From assembly GCA_045403135.1 (NCBI GenBank), contig JAXIPC010000009.1, forward strand, positions 6,014 to 70,013: a stretch of DNA of 64,000 bases, read 5' to 3'. The stretch is from Gemmatimonadales bacterium. GTDB taxonomy: Bacteria > Gemmatimonadota > Gemmatimonadetes > Gemmatimonadales > GWC2-71-9. The notes below the pieces were generated by a model that saw only the letters and a program-made list of their open reading frames with translations, was not told the DNA's origin and searched no databases. A program made the translations under genes and the position numbers. Shown one piece after another: positions 7,909 to 18,071 of the stretch. How positions within the stretch are numbered: the first letter of the stretch is position 1; every line of letters starts with the position of its first letter.

Positions 7909-9140
7909 GCCGGGGGCCCGGGCGCGGGTCGTCTGAAGAGAATCGTGGCCGCGCTCAGGTCTCCAGTGACGTTGATCAGCGTTTTGAACATGTCCGTGAT
8001 CGGCTCGATGGCGGCGAGTATCACCACGCCCTCGATCGGCGCGCCCGCCGAAACGTAAAGTGGCAGCGTCCAGAACGGGGTGCTTCCGCCGGGAATCCCC
8101 GGCGTAAAGAAGCTCTGCAGAAAGACGGTGCCCATGAACAGGGGGAGCCGGGCCGGATCGAGCGAGACGCCGAAGGCGTGGGTCAGCAGGAGCAGCTGCA
8201 CCGGGGCCGAGATGGTCCGGTTCAACTTGAAGATCGACACGGCCAGCGGGAGAACAAAGCCGGTCGCCGCGACCGGCAGCCGGAGCGCTTCGCGCCCGCC
8301 CTCGACCAGCGCAGGCAGCGAGGCCAGGGAGGATTGACTGCTCACCGCAACCAGCTGCGCCGGCGCCGCCGCGCGGGCAAAGAGCCGAATTGGTGTTTTT
8401 CCCAGCCAGACGGTGGCCGGGTAGAGCAGCAGGGTAAAGAGCAACAGGACCCCGCAGACAATGAGCGCGCAGGCCAGCATGAACCCCGCGGCGCCCCCTC
8501 CCGCGTTCAGCGCCATACCGAAGCTCAGGGCAAAGACGCCGGCCGGCGTGATCACCAGGATCCAGCGCACGACGAACCGCGTCGCGTCGGCGAGGCGCTG
8601 GAACACTCGCTCGACGGCCGCCCGGCGGGATCCGGGGAAGGTTCGTACCAGGAGCGCCAGGATCATCGCGCCGAGCAGCAGCACGAGCACATCGGCACCG
8701 CGCAGGGCCGAATCCAGACTCGCGGGGAGATAGCCCCTGAGCCAATCGGTCAGACCGAGTCGCGTGCCGAGTGCCGCCTGCGCCGCATCCGGTACCGCGA
8801 TGCTGGCCCGGAGCGCGGCGATTGTTCCCGGATCGGGGCGATAGAGCGCGATGATCGGCGGTGCGATGAGCAGTGTCAGCAGCCCCGCTGCGGCCAGCAT
8901 CGCGCCGAAGGTCGCGAGCGCTTTACCGCCCAGCCTGCCGATGTCGGGCGTCTGCAGTACGGCAACGACGGCCAGGCTGATGATCAGGGGAATGACCACG
9001 AGGCTCAGCACCCGCACCCAGATCTGACCGACTGGAGCGAGGACCCCGGCAGCCGATTCGACCCATGCCGCGTCGGATCCGTGCAACCCCATGCCGAGGC
9101 CAAGCCCCAGCGCCAACGCGCCCAGGGACCACGCCGTCAT
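7905..9140 (-). CDS. dicarboxylate/amino acid:cation symporter (DAACS, GltP-like), copy 2
   Basis: 411 aa multi-TM protein with SSQSSLASLPALVEG and LINVTGDLSAA motifs; paralog of 3052..4443. Confidence 0.85.
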   Translation of the reverse strand: MTAWSLGALALGLGLGMGLHGSDAAWVESAAGVLAPVGQIWVRVLSLVVIPLIISLAVVAVLQTPDIGRLGGKALATFGAMLAAAGLLTLLIAPPIIALYRPDPGTIAALRASIAVPDAAQAALGTRLGLTDWLRGYLPASLDSALRGADVLVLLLGAMILALLVRTFPGSRRAAVERVFQRLADATRFVVRWILVITPAGVFALSFGMALNAGGGAAGFMLACALIVCGVLLLFTLLLYPATVWLGKTPIRLFARAAAPAQLVAVSSQSSLASLPALVEGGREALRLPVAATGFVLPLAVSIFKLNRTISAPVQLLLLTHAFGVSLDPARLPLFMGTVFLQSFFTPGIPGGSTPFWTLPLYVSAGAPIEGVVILAAIEPITDMFKTLINVTGDLSAATILFRRPAPGPPA

Positions 9141-9341
9141 GGACGTGCTGCCAGACAGGCGGACAGGTTGTGGAGGCGGTTGCTCGTTCAGGAGCCGGTC
9201 CTTGGTGCCGGGTGGCGCTACGCTTCAGTCTGGGCGATAGTGACACGTCGAGGTGCGAGGATCATACCGGAAACCACGACGCCCGGGGGAGGCAGGATGA
9301 AGGCGGGCGGAGCCTGAATCGGGTCGCGCCCTCCGCGACCA

Positions 9342-9415
9342 TAGCAGGGGCGGGACTCGAACCCGCGACCCCGGCATTATGAGTGCCGTGCTCTAACCAG
9401 CTGAGCTACCCTGCC
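9342..9415 (-). tRNA. tRNA-Met (anticodon CAT), elongator type; Ile2/lysidine type not excluded
   Basis: Minus-strand cloverleaf: GGCAGGG TA GCTC AGCTGGTTA GAGC A CGGCA CTCATAA TGCCG GGGTC GCGGG TTCGAGT CCCGC CCCTGCT A. G1:U72 wobble pair. No GGG/CCC initiator anticodon stem. CCA is not encoded. Confidence 0.9.
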
Positions 9416-9461
9416 GGAATCGCGCAAAATAGCGCCCGCGCGCCACAATGTCACCCAGGCC

Positions 9462-10532
9462 CTACCGGTCTCGGAGTTTCGCGCCTTCACCTTTCTTGTA
9501 GTGGATCGTGGCGTCCCGGTTCAGTCCCAGCTCCTGCTGGATCGCCGGCGAGGTTCCCGGGATCGGGTGGCCCAGGACCATGCGGAGGCCGCGCCATTTG
9601 GTCTTGAGATCGGCCCAGAAATGCGAAGGGGCCCGGTGACCGTAGGCGCGGTACCGGCCCGGCGTCACCTTGCCCTTCTTCGCGACGTGCTTCGCGAACC
9701 CGTCGATCCAGTCGTCGAAATCCTGATGCAGATCGGGCTCGCCCGCCATGTGCTCCGCCTGGTTGTCGCTGTACTTTTTTCCCCGACCGAACTCGGCGAA
9801 CCGCCAGAGCGGATCCGGTACCTCGATACCACTGTACCGGCATTGCCAGACCAGGGGGGCATACGTGTCCCGCATGTCCTCGAACGGCTCCGCTTCGGTG
9901 TCGAAGTACTCGGGATGGCGCAGAATCCTAGGCAGGCCGTCGTCGTCCAGCTCGTCGCCCCCGCCGTCGCCGTAACAGAAGAACGCGGCGGAGCGGCCCT
10001 CAAGGTGGTTCCGGCTCAGCTCCTTCCACTCGCGAGAGTGCTCCAGCCGGATGGCGAGCGAGGGGTCCTTGTGCGCGATGAGGTCTTCCCGCGGGTTACC
10101 CCCGTTCATGCAGACCAGCCGGTCGAACATCGCCTTGAGGTTGCTGCTCACGCCGTACCAGTTCACCGGCCCGATGATGGCCCAGGCATCGGCAAGATCC
10201 AACCGTGAATACAGGTCGAGATTCCACATCAGATCGGGCTGGCCCGGATTGCCTCGTTCGTAGCAGTTGCAGGGCCAGACGCAGAGTGCCATCGAGGTCG
10301 AGACGCAGCCGTTGCAGGTGCGGATCTGCTCCCGGTTCCAGACGTTGCCGAGATCCTCGAGGTCGATCTCCCATTCCTTGGGCAGCCGGTCGGCCATGCG
10401 GAACATGAGCGTGCGGGCCTTCGAATCGATGCCCGGGCAGTCGTACTGCCGCCGGTTGGAGCCCGCGACGATGAGCACCCGGAAAGGCCTGTCGGCGGGA
10501 GAGAGTCTGCCGTTCGCGTCCCGTGGCTTCAC
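9462..10532 (-). CDS. flavodoxin-like fold (NAD(P)H-dependent FMN reductase family) protein with a Cys-rich insert and long C-terminal extension
   Basis: 356 aa, GTG start. The N-terminal FRVLIVAGSNRR strand-loop is typical of this fold. Has a CNGC-x7-C-x3-CNC cysteine cluster and IIGPVNWYGVSSNLKAMFDRL. The C-terminal ~150 aa has no recognisable family. Confidence 0.55.
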   Translation of the reverse strand: MKPRDANGRLSPADRPFRVLIVAGSNRRQYDCPGIDSKARTLMFRMADRLPKEWEIDLEDLGNVWNREQIRTCNGCVSTSMALCVWPCNCYERGNPGQPDLMWNLDLYSRLDLADAWAIIGPVNWYGVSSNLKAMFDRLVCMNGGNPREDLIAHKDPSLAIRLEHSREWKELSRNHLEGRSAAFFCYGDGGGDELDDDGLPRILRHPEYFDTEAEPFEDMRDTYAPLVWQCRYSGIEVPDPLWRFAEFGRGKKYSDNQAEHMAGEPDLHQDFDDWIDGFAKHVAKKGKVTPGRYRAYGHRAPSHFWADLKTKWRGLRMVLGHPIPGTSPAIQQELGLNRDATIHYKKGEGAKLRDR

Positions 10533-10544
10533 CGTCTCACGTGC

Positions 10545-12185
<1,641 letters not shown>

Positions 12186-12198
12186 GGGGACATTCGCG

Positions 12199-14118
12199 CT
12201 ACTTCGGCGACCTGGCCTGCTTGAGCACTTCGGCGACGTCGATCAGGTAGATCGAACTCCCCCGCGACACCTGCGAAGGGTAAGCAATGTACCTCCCATC
12301 GGGAGACAGCGAATAACCCCACTTGCTGTTGGTGTCCGCCCTGGTGATCAGGATGGGATGCTCCGGATCGGAGAGTTTCACCAGGGCGACGTGGGTCATC
12401 GGCATCCCACGCGGCTGAGCAATCATGGTCAAGCCGCTGCCGTCGGGGAGCCAGAAGGTCTCGTACCAGTACTCAAATGGGAGCATGAAGGACTGCGGCG
12501 GACCCAGCGATGCGCCTGCGGCATCGAACCGGTAGATGAGCTGGGTCTGCGGGGTGGCCCGCAGATAGACCGCAAGCTGTCGCCCGTCATGCGACCAGAC
12601 AACTTCTCCGGGGAGAGCGGTTCTCGAAAAGGTGCCCAGAGTCCTGGGCTGGCGACCGGGGCCGGCGGTCAGTTGAAGCCGAGAGGAATCGCCTATCGAT
12701 TCCATGTGGGCGATGCGATTCTGAAAGACGGCGATGCCTCGACCAACGCTCCCGTCGCCCGAAACCTCACCGATCAACCGGGACTCGCCACGAAGGTTCA
12801 TCGCCCGTACCTGCCAGCGCCCCGCCTTCACCTGAGTGAAATAGAATTCACCGTTGTACAAGCCGTAGTACATCCCACCCGGGCCGACCAGCCCGCCGCC
12901 ACGCCGCACACCGGTGGCGAGTTCTCGCCGGCTTCCGTCTTTGAGGCTCTGGCTCATAATCCGCCAGTTATCAGGGTCCCGCGTACTGCCCTCCCGATAA
13001 ACCATCTCCCCGTCCTGGGTTCCCATGGGAAAGGCGCCGCTACTTCCTCTCTCGAGACCCCGCGCGGTCGCTTTGACCTCGCCGCTCCGAGTGACCTGCA
13101 TCAGCACTGAATGGCCCTGTACCTCGCTCCACACATGGACGGCTTCCCCATCCGGTGTCCAGCTGTCGGCCCAGTCGTATGCCTCGCCGCTTGTGATCTG
13201 GCGGATGGGTCCTCCGTCGACGGGAGCGACCTTGATCGGTGCGACGTCGTTGCTCTTGATGCCGAGAAGGTACTTCCCGCCGACCGCAAATCCGCCTCGC
13301 GCCCAGACCCCACCTGGGAGCTCGACATCTCTGAGCCGGCGGCCATCGGCGGTAGAGATGTGAAGAATGCGTGGCTTGTTCCCTGTCGCAGGCTCCACGG
13401 TCACCGAGTACAGGTTGTCGGGCGTGAGGAATCCGAGTGGCTCCTGCGAACGGAAGACGACGGTTGGTGGGCCACCGTCCCGGGCGACGCGCTTCCGCAG
13501 GAATTCCCGCCCTTCCCGGGTCTGATACAGAATTGACCGTCCGTCCGGAGTCCAGGTCGGCCAGGTTAACCCGGGGCCAGGCTCCACCAGGGTGCGCGCG
13601 TTCCCCCCCTCGATCGGTACGACCTTGAGGGCCCGGGACGGCCATTCCATGTAAGCGACCCACCGGCCGTCCGGGGAAATGGCGGGAACGTGCGTCTGCC
13701 CGGGCTCGATCCCGTCGAGCGACACTTGTCTCATGGGAGCAGTGAATGTGCCGGTCCTGGTATCGAATGGGGCGCTCACGATGTAGTACCGGTCGTCTCC
13801 AGCACCGCGTCGCGGGAAGGTCGAGGAGAACAGGAGCCGGTCCCCCTGAGGGGTGAACCGGGGATCGGAGTAGTACCCCTTCTCGGTGGTCAGCTCTCGC
13901 ATCTCACCACCAGCCACCGGCCGGATCATCACCCGAGATTCCTGGTTGGAAATGTTTCGCACGAAGACCAGCCACCGCTCGTCAGGCGAAATCGTCGGTG
14001 ATACGGAGCTGACGGAGTCGGAAGTGAAGATTTGCCGGGCCACCGGGGGACTCTGGGCCGCTCCGGCCGAAGCGGGGGACATCAATGCGGTAGCAACGAT
14101 CGCGAGCGTTCGGATCAT
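12199..14118 (-). CDS. periplasmic PD40/TolB-like beta-propeller repeat protein
   Basis: Recurrent SPDGRW/SPDERW/TPDGRS/SPDGRY repeats. ATG 14118 gives the signal peptide MIRTLAIVATALMSPASAGA and has GGAG 8 nt upstream. Confidence 0.8.
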   Translation of the reverse strand: MIRTLAIVATALMSPASAGAAQSPPVARQIFTSDSVSSVSPTISPDERWLVFVRNISNQESRVMIRPVAGGEMRELTTEKGYYSDPRFTPQGDRLLFSSTFPRRGAGDDRYYIVSAPFDTRTGTFTAPMRQVSLDGIEPGQTHVPAISPDGRWVAYMEWPSRALKVVPIEGGNARTLVEPGPGLTWPTWTPDGRSILYQTREGREFLRKRVARDGGPPTVVFRSQEPLGFLTPDNLYSVTVEPATGNKPRILHISTADGRRLRDVELPGGVWARGGFAVGGKYLLGIKSNDVAPIKVAPVDGGPIRQITSGEAYDWADSWTPDGEAVHVWSEVQGHSVLMQVTRSGEVKATARGLERGSSGAFPMGTQDGEMVYREGSTRDPDNWRIMSQSLKDGSRRELATGVRRGGGLVGPGGMYYGLYNGEFYFTQVKAGRWQVRAMNLRGESRLIGEVSGDGSVGRGIAVFQNRIAHMESIGDSSRLQLTAGPGRQPRTLGTFSRTALPGEVVWSHDGRQLAVYLRATPQTQLIYRFDAAGASLGPPQSFMLPFEYWYETFWLPDGSGLTMIAQPRGMPMTHVALVKLSDPEHPILITRADTNSKWGYSLSPDGRYIAYPSQVSRGSSIYLIDVAEVLKQARSPK

Positions 14119-14156
14119 GTGAGTGCTCCGGGAGATGAGAGTCACTACCCCGCAAG

Positions 14157-14172
14157 CACAAGTGGCGTGCCG
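14157..14172 (-). promoter_or_regulatory. weak sigma-54 promoter candidate (CGGCACG-N4-TTGT)
   Basis: Minus strand reads CGGCACGCCACTTGTG. The -24 GG is present with correct spacing, but -12 is GT instead of GC. Lies about 40 nt upstream of ATG 14118 and directly downstream of a sigma-54 activator gene. Confidence 0.2.
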
Positions 14173-14248
14173 CATCTGTTGGTTGGGCTAAGTGGCTCAG
14201 GCCGAGCGGGTTCGACAGGTGCGGTGCGCTCCACCGGGCCCCCGAGGG

Positions 14249-15631
14249 TCAACTTTCGTGATCCCCCTGGTCAAGATCCTTTACTACGCTCGCGGACAAA
14301 CCGTACTTCTCGATCAGCCGGTCGAGGGTCGGCCGGGAGATGCCGAGCAGCTGGCAGGCCTGGCGTTTGTGACCGTGCACCTTGGCCAGAACCCTTCTGA
14401 CTTGCGCGCGTTCCGCGGCCTCCAGCGAGTCTCCCTCGATCCCGCCCGGGTCGGAGGCGCCGGTGCCTGCGCCCAGCGCCAGATGCTCCCGCCCAATGAC
14501 GCCGCCCCGCACCAGGACCATCGCCCGGTTGAGCGTATTCTCCAGCTCCCGTACGTTGCCCGGCCAGTCATAGCCAGTCAGAGCGGTGAGCGCTCTATCC
14601 GAAATCGCCACGTTGCCGAGGTGCATCTCGGCAGCAATCCGCTCGACGAAGTGCTGAACCAGGAGGGGAACGTCTTCGGGCCGCTCCCGGAGCGGCGGCA
14701 CCCGAATCTCCACCACCCGCAGCCGATAGTACAGGTCCTCTCGGAACCGTCCCTCCTTCACCAGCCTCTCGATGTCGCGATTGGTGGCCGTGAGCACCCT
14801 GGCCTCCGTTCGCCGGGGACGCTCGCTGCCGACCGGGTAGAACTCGTGCTCCTGGAGCACCCGGAGCAGCTTGGCCTGGAACGCCGGCGAGGTATCCCCG
14901 ATCTCGTCGAGGAAGAGGGTCCCCCGCCCCGCCAGCTCGAAGCGGCCCCGCCGCTCCGCCACCGCGCCGGTGAAGGCGCCCCGAACGTGGCCGAAGAGCT
15001 CTGATTCCAGCAACGTCTCCGCCACCGCCGTGCAGTTGAGCGCCACGAAGGGCTCGCCCGCCGATTTCGAATTGAAGTGGATCGCCCGCGCGATCAGCTC
15101 CTTGCCGGTCCCGGTCTCGCCCCGGATCAGCACCGGGGTCCGGCTGTCGGCAACCTGGCCGATGAGTTTGTAGGTGGCGATCATCGCCACGTGTCGTCCC
15201 ACCAGACGCTTCAGCTCGAAGGGCTCGGCCGCCTCCGCAACCAGCCGCCGCGCCTGCGCCCTGAGGGTCCGGTCCCGCAGGCACCGCCCTACGACGAGGT
15301 CGATCTGGTCGAGATCCAGTGGCTTGACCAGATAATCGTACGCCCCCGACTTCATCGCGGCGATTGCGGTACTCATGTCTTCATGGGCGGTGATTACGAT
15401 CACGTCGAGATCGGGGTGCGCGGCCCTCAGCCGTTCGAGCAGCTCGAGGCCCGACAGACCGGGCATCCGCACGTCCGTTATCACCAGGCCCGGCTCGAAT
15501 CCCGGGAGAGCCGCCACCGCCTCGGTGGCGTTGGAGACCGCCGTCACCTGATGGCCCGCTCCCGAGAGGTGGTCGCCGACGGTTTCTCGGATCGACGCGT
15601 CGTCGTCGACGACCATGATGCGCGCGCTCAT
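14249..15631 (-). CDS. sigma-54-dependent response regulator (NtrC family)
   Basis: REC domain (MVVDDD...DVRMPG), AAA+ sigma-54 interaction domain (GETGTGKELIARAIH, GAFTGA, ESELFGH) and a C-terminal Fis-type HTH. Confidence 0.92.
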   Translation of the reverse strand: MSARIMVVDDDASIRETVGDHLSGAGHQVTAVSNATEAVAALPGFEPGLVITDVRMPGLSGLELLERLRAAHPDLDVIVITAHEDMSTAIAAMKSGAYDYLVKPLDLDQIDLVVGRCLRDRTLRAQARRLVAEAAEPFELKRLVGRHVAMIATYKLIGQVADSRTPVLIRGETGTGKELIARAIHFNSKSAGEPFVALNCTAVAETLLESELFGHVRGAFTGAVAERRGRFELAGRGTLFLDEIGDTSPAFQAKLLRVLQEHEFYPVGSERPRRTEARVLTATNRDIERLVKEGRFREDLYYRLRVVEIRVPPLRERPEDVPLLVQHFVERIAAEMHLGNVAISDRALTALTGYDWPGNVRELENTLNRAMVLVRGGVIGREHLALGAGTGASDPGGIEGDSLEAAERAQVRRVLAKVHGHKRQACQLLGISRPTLDRLIEKYGLSASVVKDLDQGDHES

Positions 15632-17343
15632 GCCGCTCCGATCAGAGGCAGCTCGATTAGGAACTCCGCCCCGCCATCGTTCCCGCCGGGCGCGAGGGCG
15701 AGGCTCCCACCATTGTCTTCGATGGCTCGCTTTGCAAGCGACAGGCCAAGTCCGGTTCCGCTTGGCTTGGTGGTGAAGAAGGGACGGAAGATCTCCGTCT
15801 TTGCCTCGTCCAAGATGCCCCGTCCCGTATCGGCGATGCTGAGCCGGATCCGGTCATCCTGTCGGGCGGTCCTTACCCGGAGGATCCCTCCTTCGGGCAT
15901 GGCGTCCAGAGCGTTCAAGGCCAGGTTGAGGAGAGCGCCCTTCACCTGCGATGGATCGACCTCCACGGTATCCGGGCCGACCACGAAGGTCCGCTCCATC
16001 TGCACTCCCCGGCTCTCCGCCTGGCCGGCGAGAATCTCGAGGGTTTCATCGACCAGCAGATGCAGAGAACAGGAACACACTTCTCTGGGCCGTGTCCGAG
16101 TCAGATCGAGCACTCCCCGGACCACGCCATCCAGTCGCCCGACTTCCCCCAGGGCGATTTCCAGCGGCCTGCTGGTGGTCTCCGGCAATCTGCCGTCTCG
16201 CGCCTCCCGCTCGATCTTCTGGAGATTCAGTTTGATGGAGGTTAGGGGATTGCGGATTTCGTGGGACAGATGCGCTGCGAACTGGCCCAGCACCGCCATT
16301 TGCCGGCTCGATTCAACCTGGGCCAGCATCTCCCGGATTTTGGTCACCATCGTCTGGAACGAGGCGGTGAGGCGCCCGACTTCGTCGCGCCCCGAGGGGG
16401 GCAGCGCGGGCGCAAAGTCTCCCTGCCCGACCACGGCCGTCGCCGAGGTCAGCTCCTCGAGCGAACGCGTGGTGCGTCGGAGGAGCTGGCTGAAGACCAG
16501 CGTCGCCATGAGTCCCACACCGGCAAAGAGCAGCAGCGTCCACCGCCGCACCGCTGTGAACGGACCGGCGAATTCATCTAATGCCCCCGATACAACGACG
16601 GTCCATTTCGGCGAAGTAAGACTGACGAAGGAGGCCACCCGAAGCGAATCCCCGGATCGATACCGGAAGGTCCCGGCCGACCGATCGAGCGTGGCGGGTC
16701 CAAGCTCCCAGGCGCCCGTCGCGATCAGGGAATCATACCTGGCACCATTCATCATCCGGTCGGGGTGGTAAAGCACCCTGCCCCGCTCGCGGTCCAGCAC
16801 CATGCCGCGGCCGGTTTCGCCGAAGCCGGACGCGAGAAGATCGAGAGGAATAATCGCCGCGAGCACCGGTTGCAAAGAAACGCTCCCGAACGGCTTGGCC
16901 GACCCGGCGTCGCCAACCGGCTCAGCAATCGGATCGAGCCCACCAGGCAACGGCATCCCCGCGGACTCGCCGAGCTGATAGATCACCTTGCCATCGTGAT
17001 CCCGGTAAGTGAGCAAAGCGTAGCTGGCGCCCATCCGTGCCCAGGCGTCCTGGACGAATCGCGCGGCCTCCCGCTGGGCTCCGGGATCACTCTCGCCCCT
17101 GGCCCTGCCCGAGAGCCAGTGCCTCGTGTCCGCGTTCTCCGCGAGCAACAACAGGTCGGAGCGCAGCAGATTTGTGCGGCTCTGGATGGTTTCGGCCGCG
17201 CGCTGGGCGACGCGGGCGTTTTGCGCGGCGATCAGCGCCTCGAGCGCGCGAAGCGAACGGGCATACTCGATCCCGCCCAGGGCGAGCAGCGGGACAATGG
17301 CCAGAAGAAGGAAGAGCGCCAGGAGCTTGGCGCGGAGCGGCAT
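15628..17343 (-). CDS. sensor histidine kinase (periplasmic sensor, HAMP, HisKA, HATPase)
   Basis: N-terminal TM, extracytoplasmic domain, second TM, H-box HEIRNPLTSI, N-box LLNLALNALDAM and G-boxes DTGRGI / GTGLGLS. ATGA overlap with the regulator gene. Confidence 0.9.
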   Translation of the reverse strand: MPLRAKLLALFLLLAIVPLLALGGIEYARSLRALEALIAAQNARVAQRAAETIQSRTNLLRSDLLLLAENADTRHWLSGRARGESDPGAQREAARFVQDAWARMGASYALLTYRDHDGKVIYQLGESAGMPLPGGLDPIAEPVGDAGSAKPFGSVSLQPVLAAIIPLDLLASGFGETGRGMVLDRERGRVLYHPDRMMNGARYDSLIATGAWELGPATLDRSAGTFRYRSGDSLRVASFVSLTSPKWTVVVSGALDEFAGPFTAVRRWTLLLFAGVGLMATLVFSQLLRRTTRSLEELTSATAVVGQGDFAPALPPSGRDEVGRLTASFQTMVTKIREMLAQVESSRQMAVLGQFAAHLSHEIRNPLTSIKLNLQKIEREARDGRLPETTSRPLEIALGEVGRLDGVVRGVLDLTRTRPREVCSCSLHLLVDETLEILAGQAESRGVQMERTFVVGPDTVEVDPSQVKGALLNLALNALDAMPEGGILRVRTARQDDRIRLSIADTGRGILDEAKTEIFRPFFTTKPSGTGLGLSLAKRAIEDNGGSLALAPGGNDGGAEFLIELPLIGAA

Positions 17344-17354
17344 CCCGTAGCTTA

Positions 17355-18071
17355 CTATTCCCGTGCCCCCATCGCGAGGATCGCCTCCCGCGCCTGCCTG
17401 GCCAGCGCATCCCGCGCCTCGAAGTCCAGCCCGGCAGTGGGAATCGGCTCCCCGATCTTGAGGGTGACCGTACCGGGCTTGGGACTCCAGCTCCCCCGCG
17501 GCATCAGCTCGAAGGCGTCCTCGCAGAAGACCGGCACCACCGGCGCCCGGGCCGCGATCGCCAGCACGAACGGCCCCTTCTTGAACGGCTTGAGCCGGCC
17601 ATCGCGAGACCGCGTCCCTTCGGCAAACACGATCGCCGAGGTGCCTTCGTCACGGATGAACTTGGCTGCCTCGGCGTACGCCGCAAAAGAGGCGGAACGG
17701 TTGCGTCGATCAATGGGGATGTGCCGAGCGGCGCGCATCGCCTGGCCCATCAGCGGGATCCAGTCCATCCCTTTCTTGTAGACGAATCGAATGGTGCCGG
17801 GGAATTCCGCCAGGATGGCCCAGATATCCACGAACGAGGCATGGTTGGAGATGAAGACTTTGGGCTCCGGCGTGTTCAGCCGCTCGCGGCCTTCCACCCG
17901 CACCGTGATGCCGGTCCCGCGCAGCATGCCCTGCGCCCAGTGCCGCGCTCCCCAGTCATACACCCCGCCGGGCCGCTGCTTTACGCCGATCAGGGCGGCG
18001 AGCAGGACCTTACCCGCCGACCACGACATGTAGAAGATGAACGACGAGACATACCGCAGGAAGCCGATCAT
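17355..18071 (-). CDS. plsC: 1-acyl-sn-glycerol-3-phosphate acyltransferase
   Basis: NHASFVDIW (NHxxxxD) and FAEGTRS motifs. Confidence 0.85.
   Translation of the reverse strand: MIGFLRYVSSFIFYMSWSAGKVLLAALIGVKQRPGGVYDWGARHWAQGMLRGTGITVRVEGRERLNTPEPKVFISNHASFVDIWAILAEFPGTIRFVYKKGMDWIPLMGQAMRAARHIPIDRRNRSASFAAYAEAAKFIRDEGTSAIVFAEGTRSRDGRLKPFKKGPFVLAIAARAPVVPVFCEDAFELMPRGSWSPKPGTVTLKIGEPIPTAGLDFEARDALARQAREAILAMGARE

Noticed and set aside
657-9140. Graspetide/microviridin-type RiPP cluster (ATP-grasp ligases acting on a precursor peptide)
   Set aside because: No short precursor-like ORF rich in Thr/Ser/Asp/Glu is adjacent, because all junctions are overlapping or occupied. The 200-nt region upstream of symporter 2 offers only a 15-codon ORF (MILAPRRVTIAQTEA). 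The partners are solute symporters rather than peptide exporters or proteases. The possibility is not excluded elsewhere in the genome.
9383-9607. ORFs 9383..9607 (+) and 44212..44460 (-)
   Set aside because: They overlap tRNA-Met and tRNA-Ser(GCT) sequence respectively (for example MPCSNQLSYPAG is translated tRNA) and have no coding features.
15077-16771. 564-aa plus-strand ORF (likewise 18845..20596, 19104..20516, 8178..9317, 61639..62994 and 55021..56148)
   Set aside because: All lie antisense or out of frame to well-supported genes (the two-component system, nnr, the symporter, the coiled-coil protein and the helicase). All translate to Arg/Pro/Gly/Ala-rich sequence without motifs.
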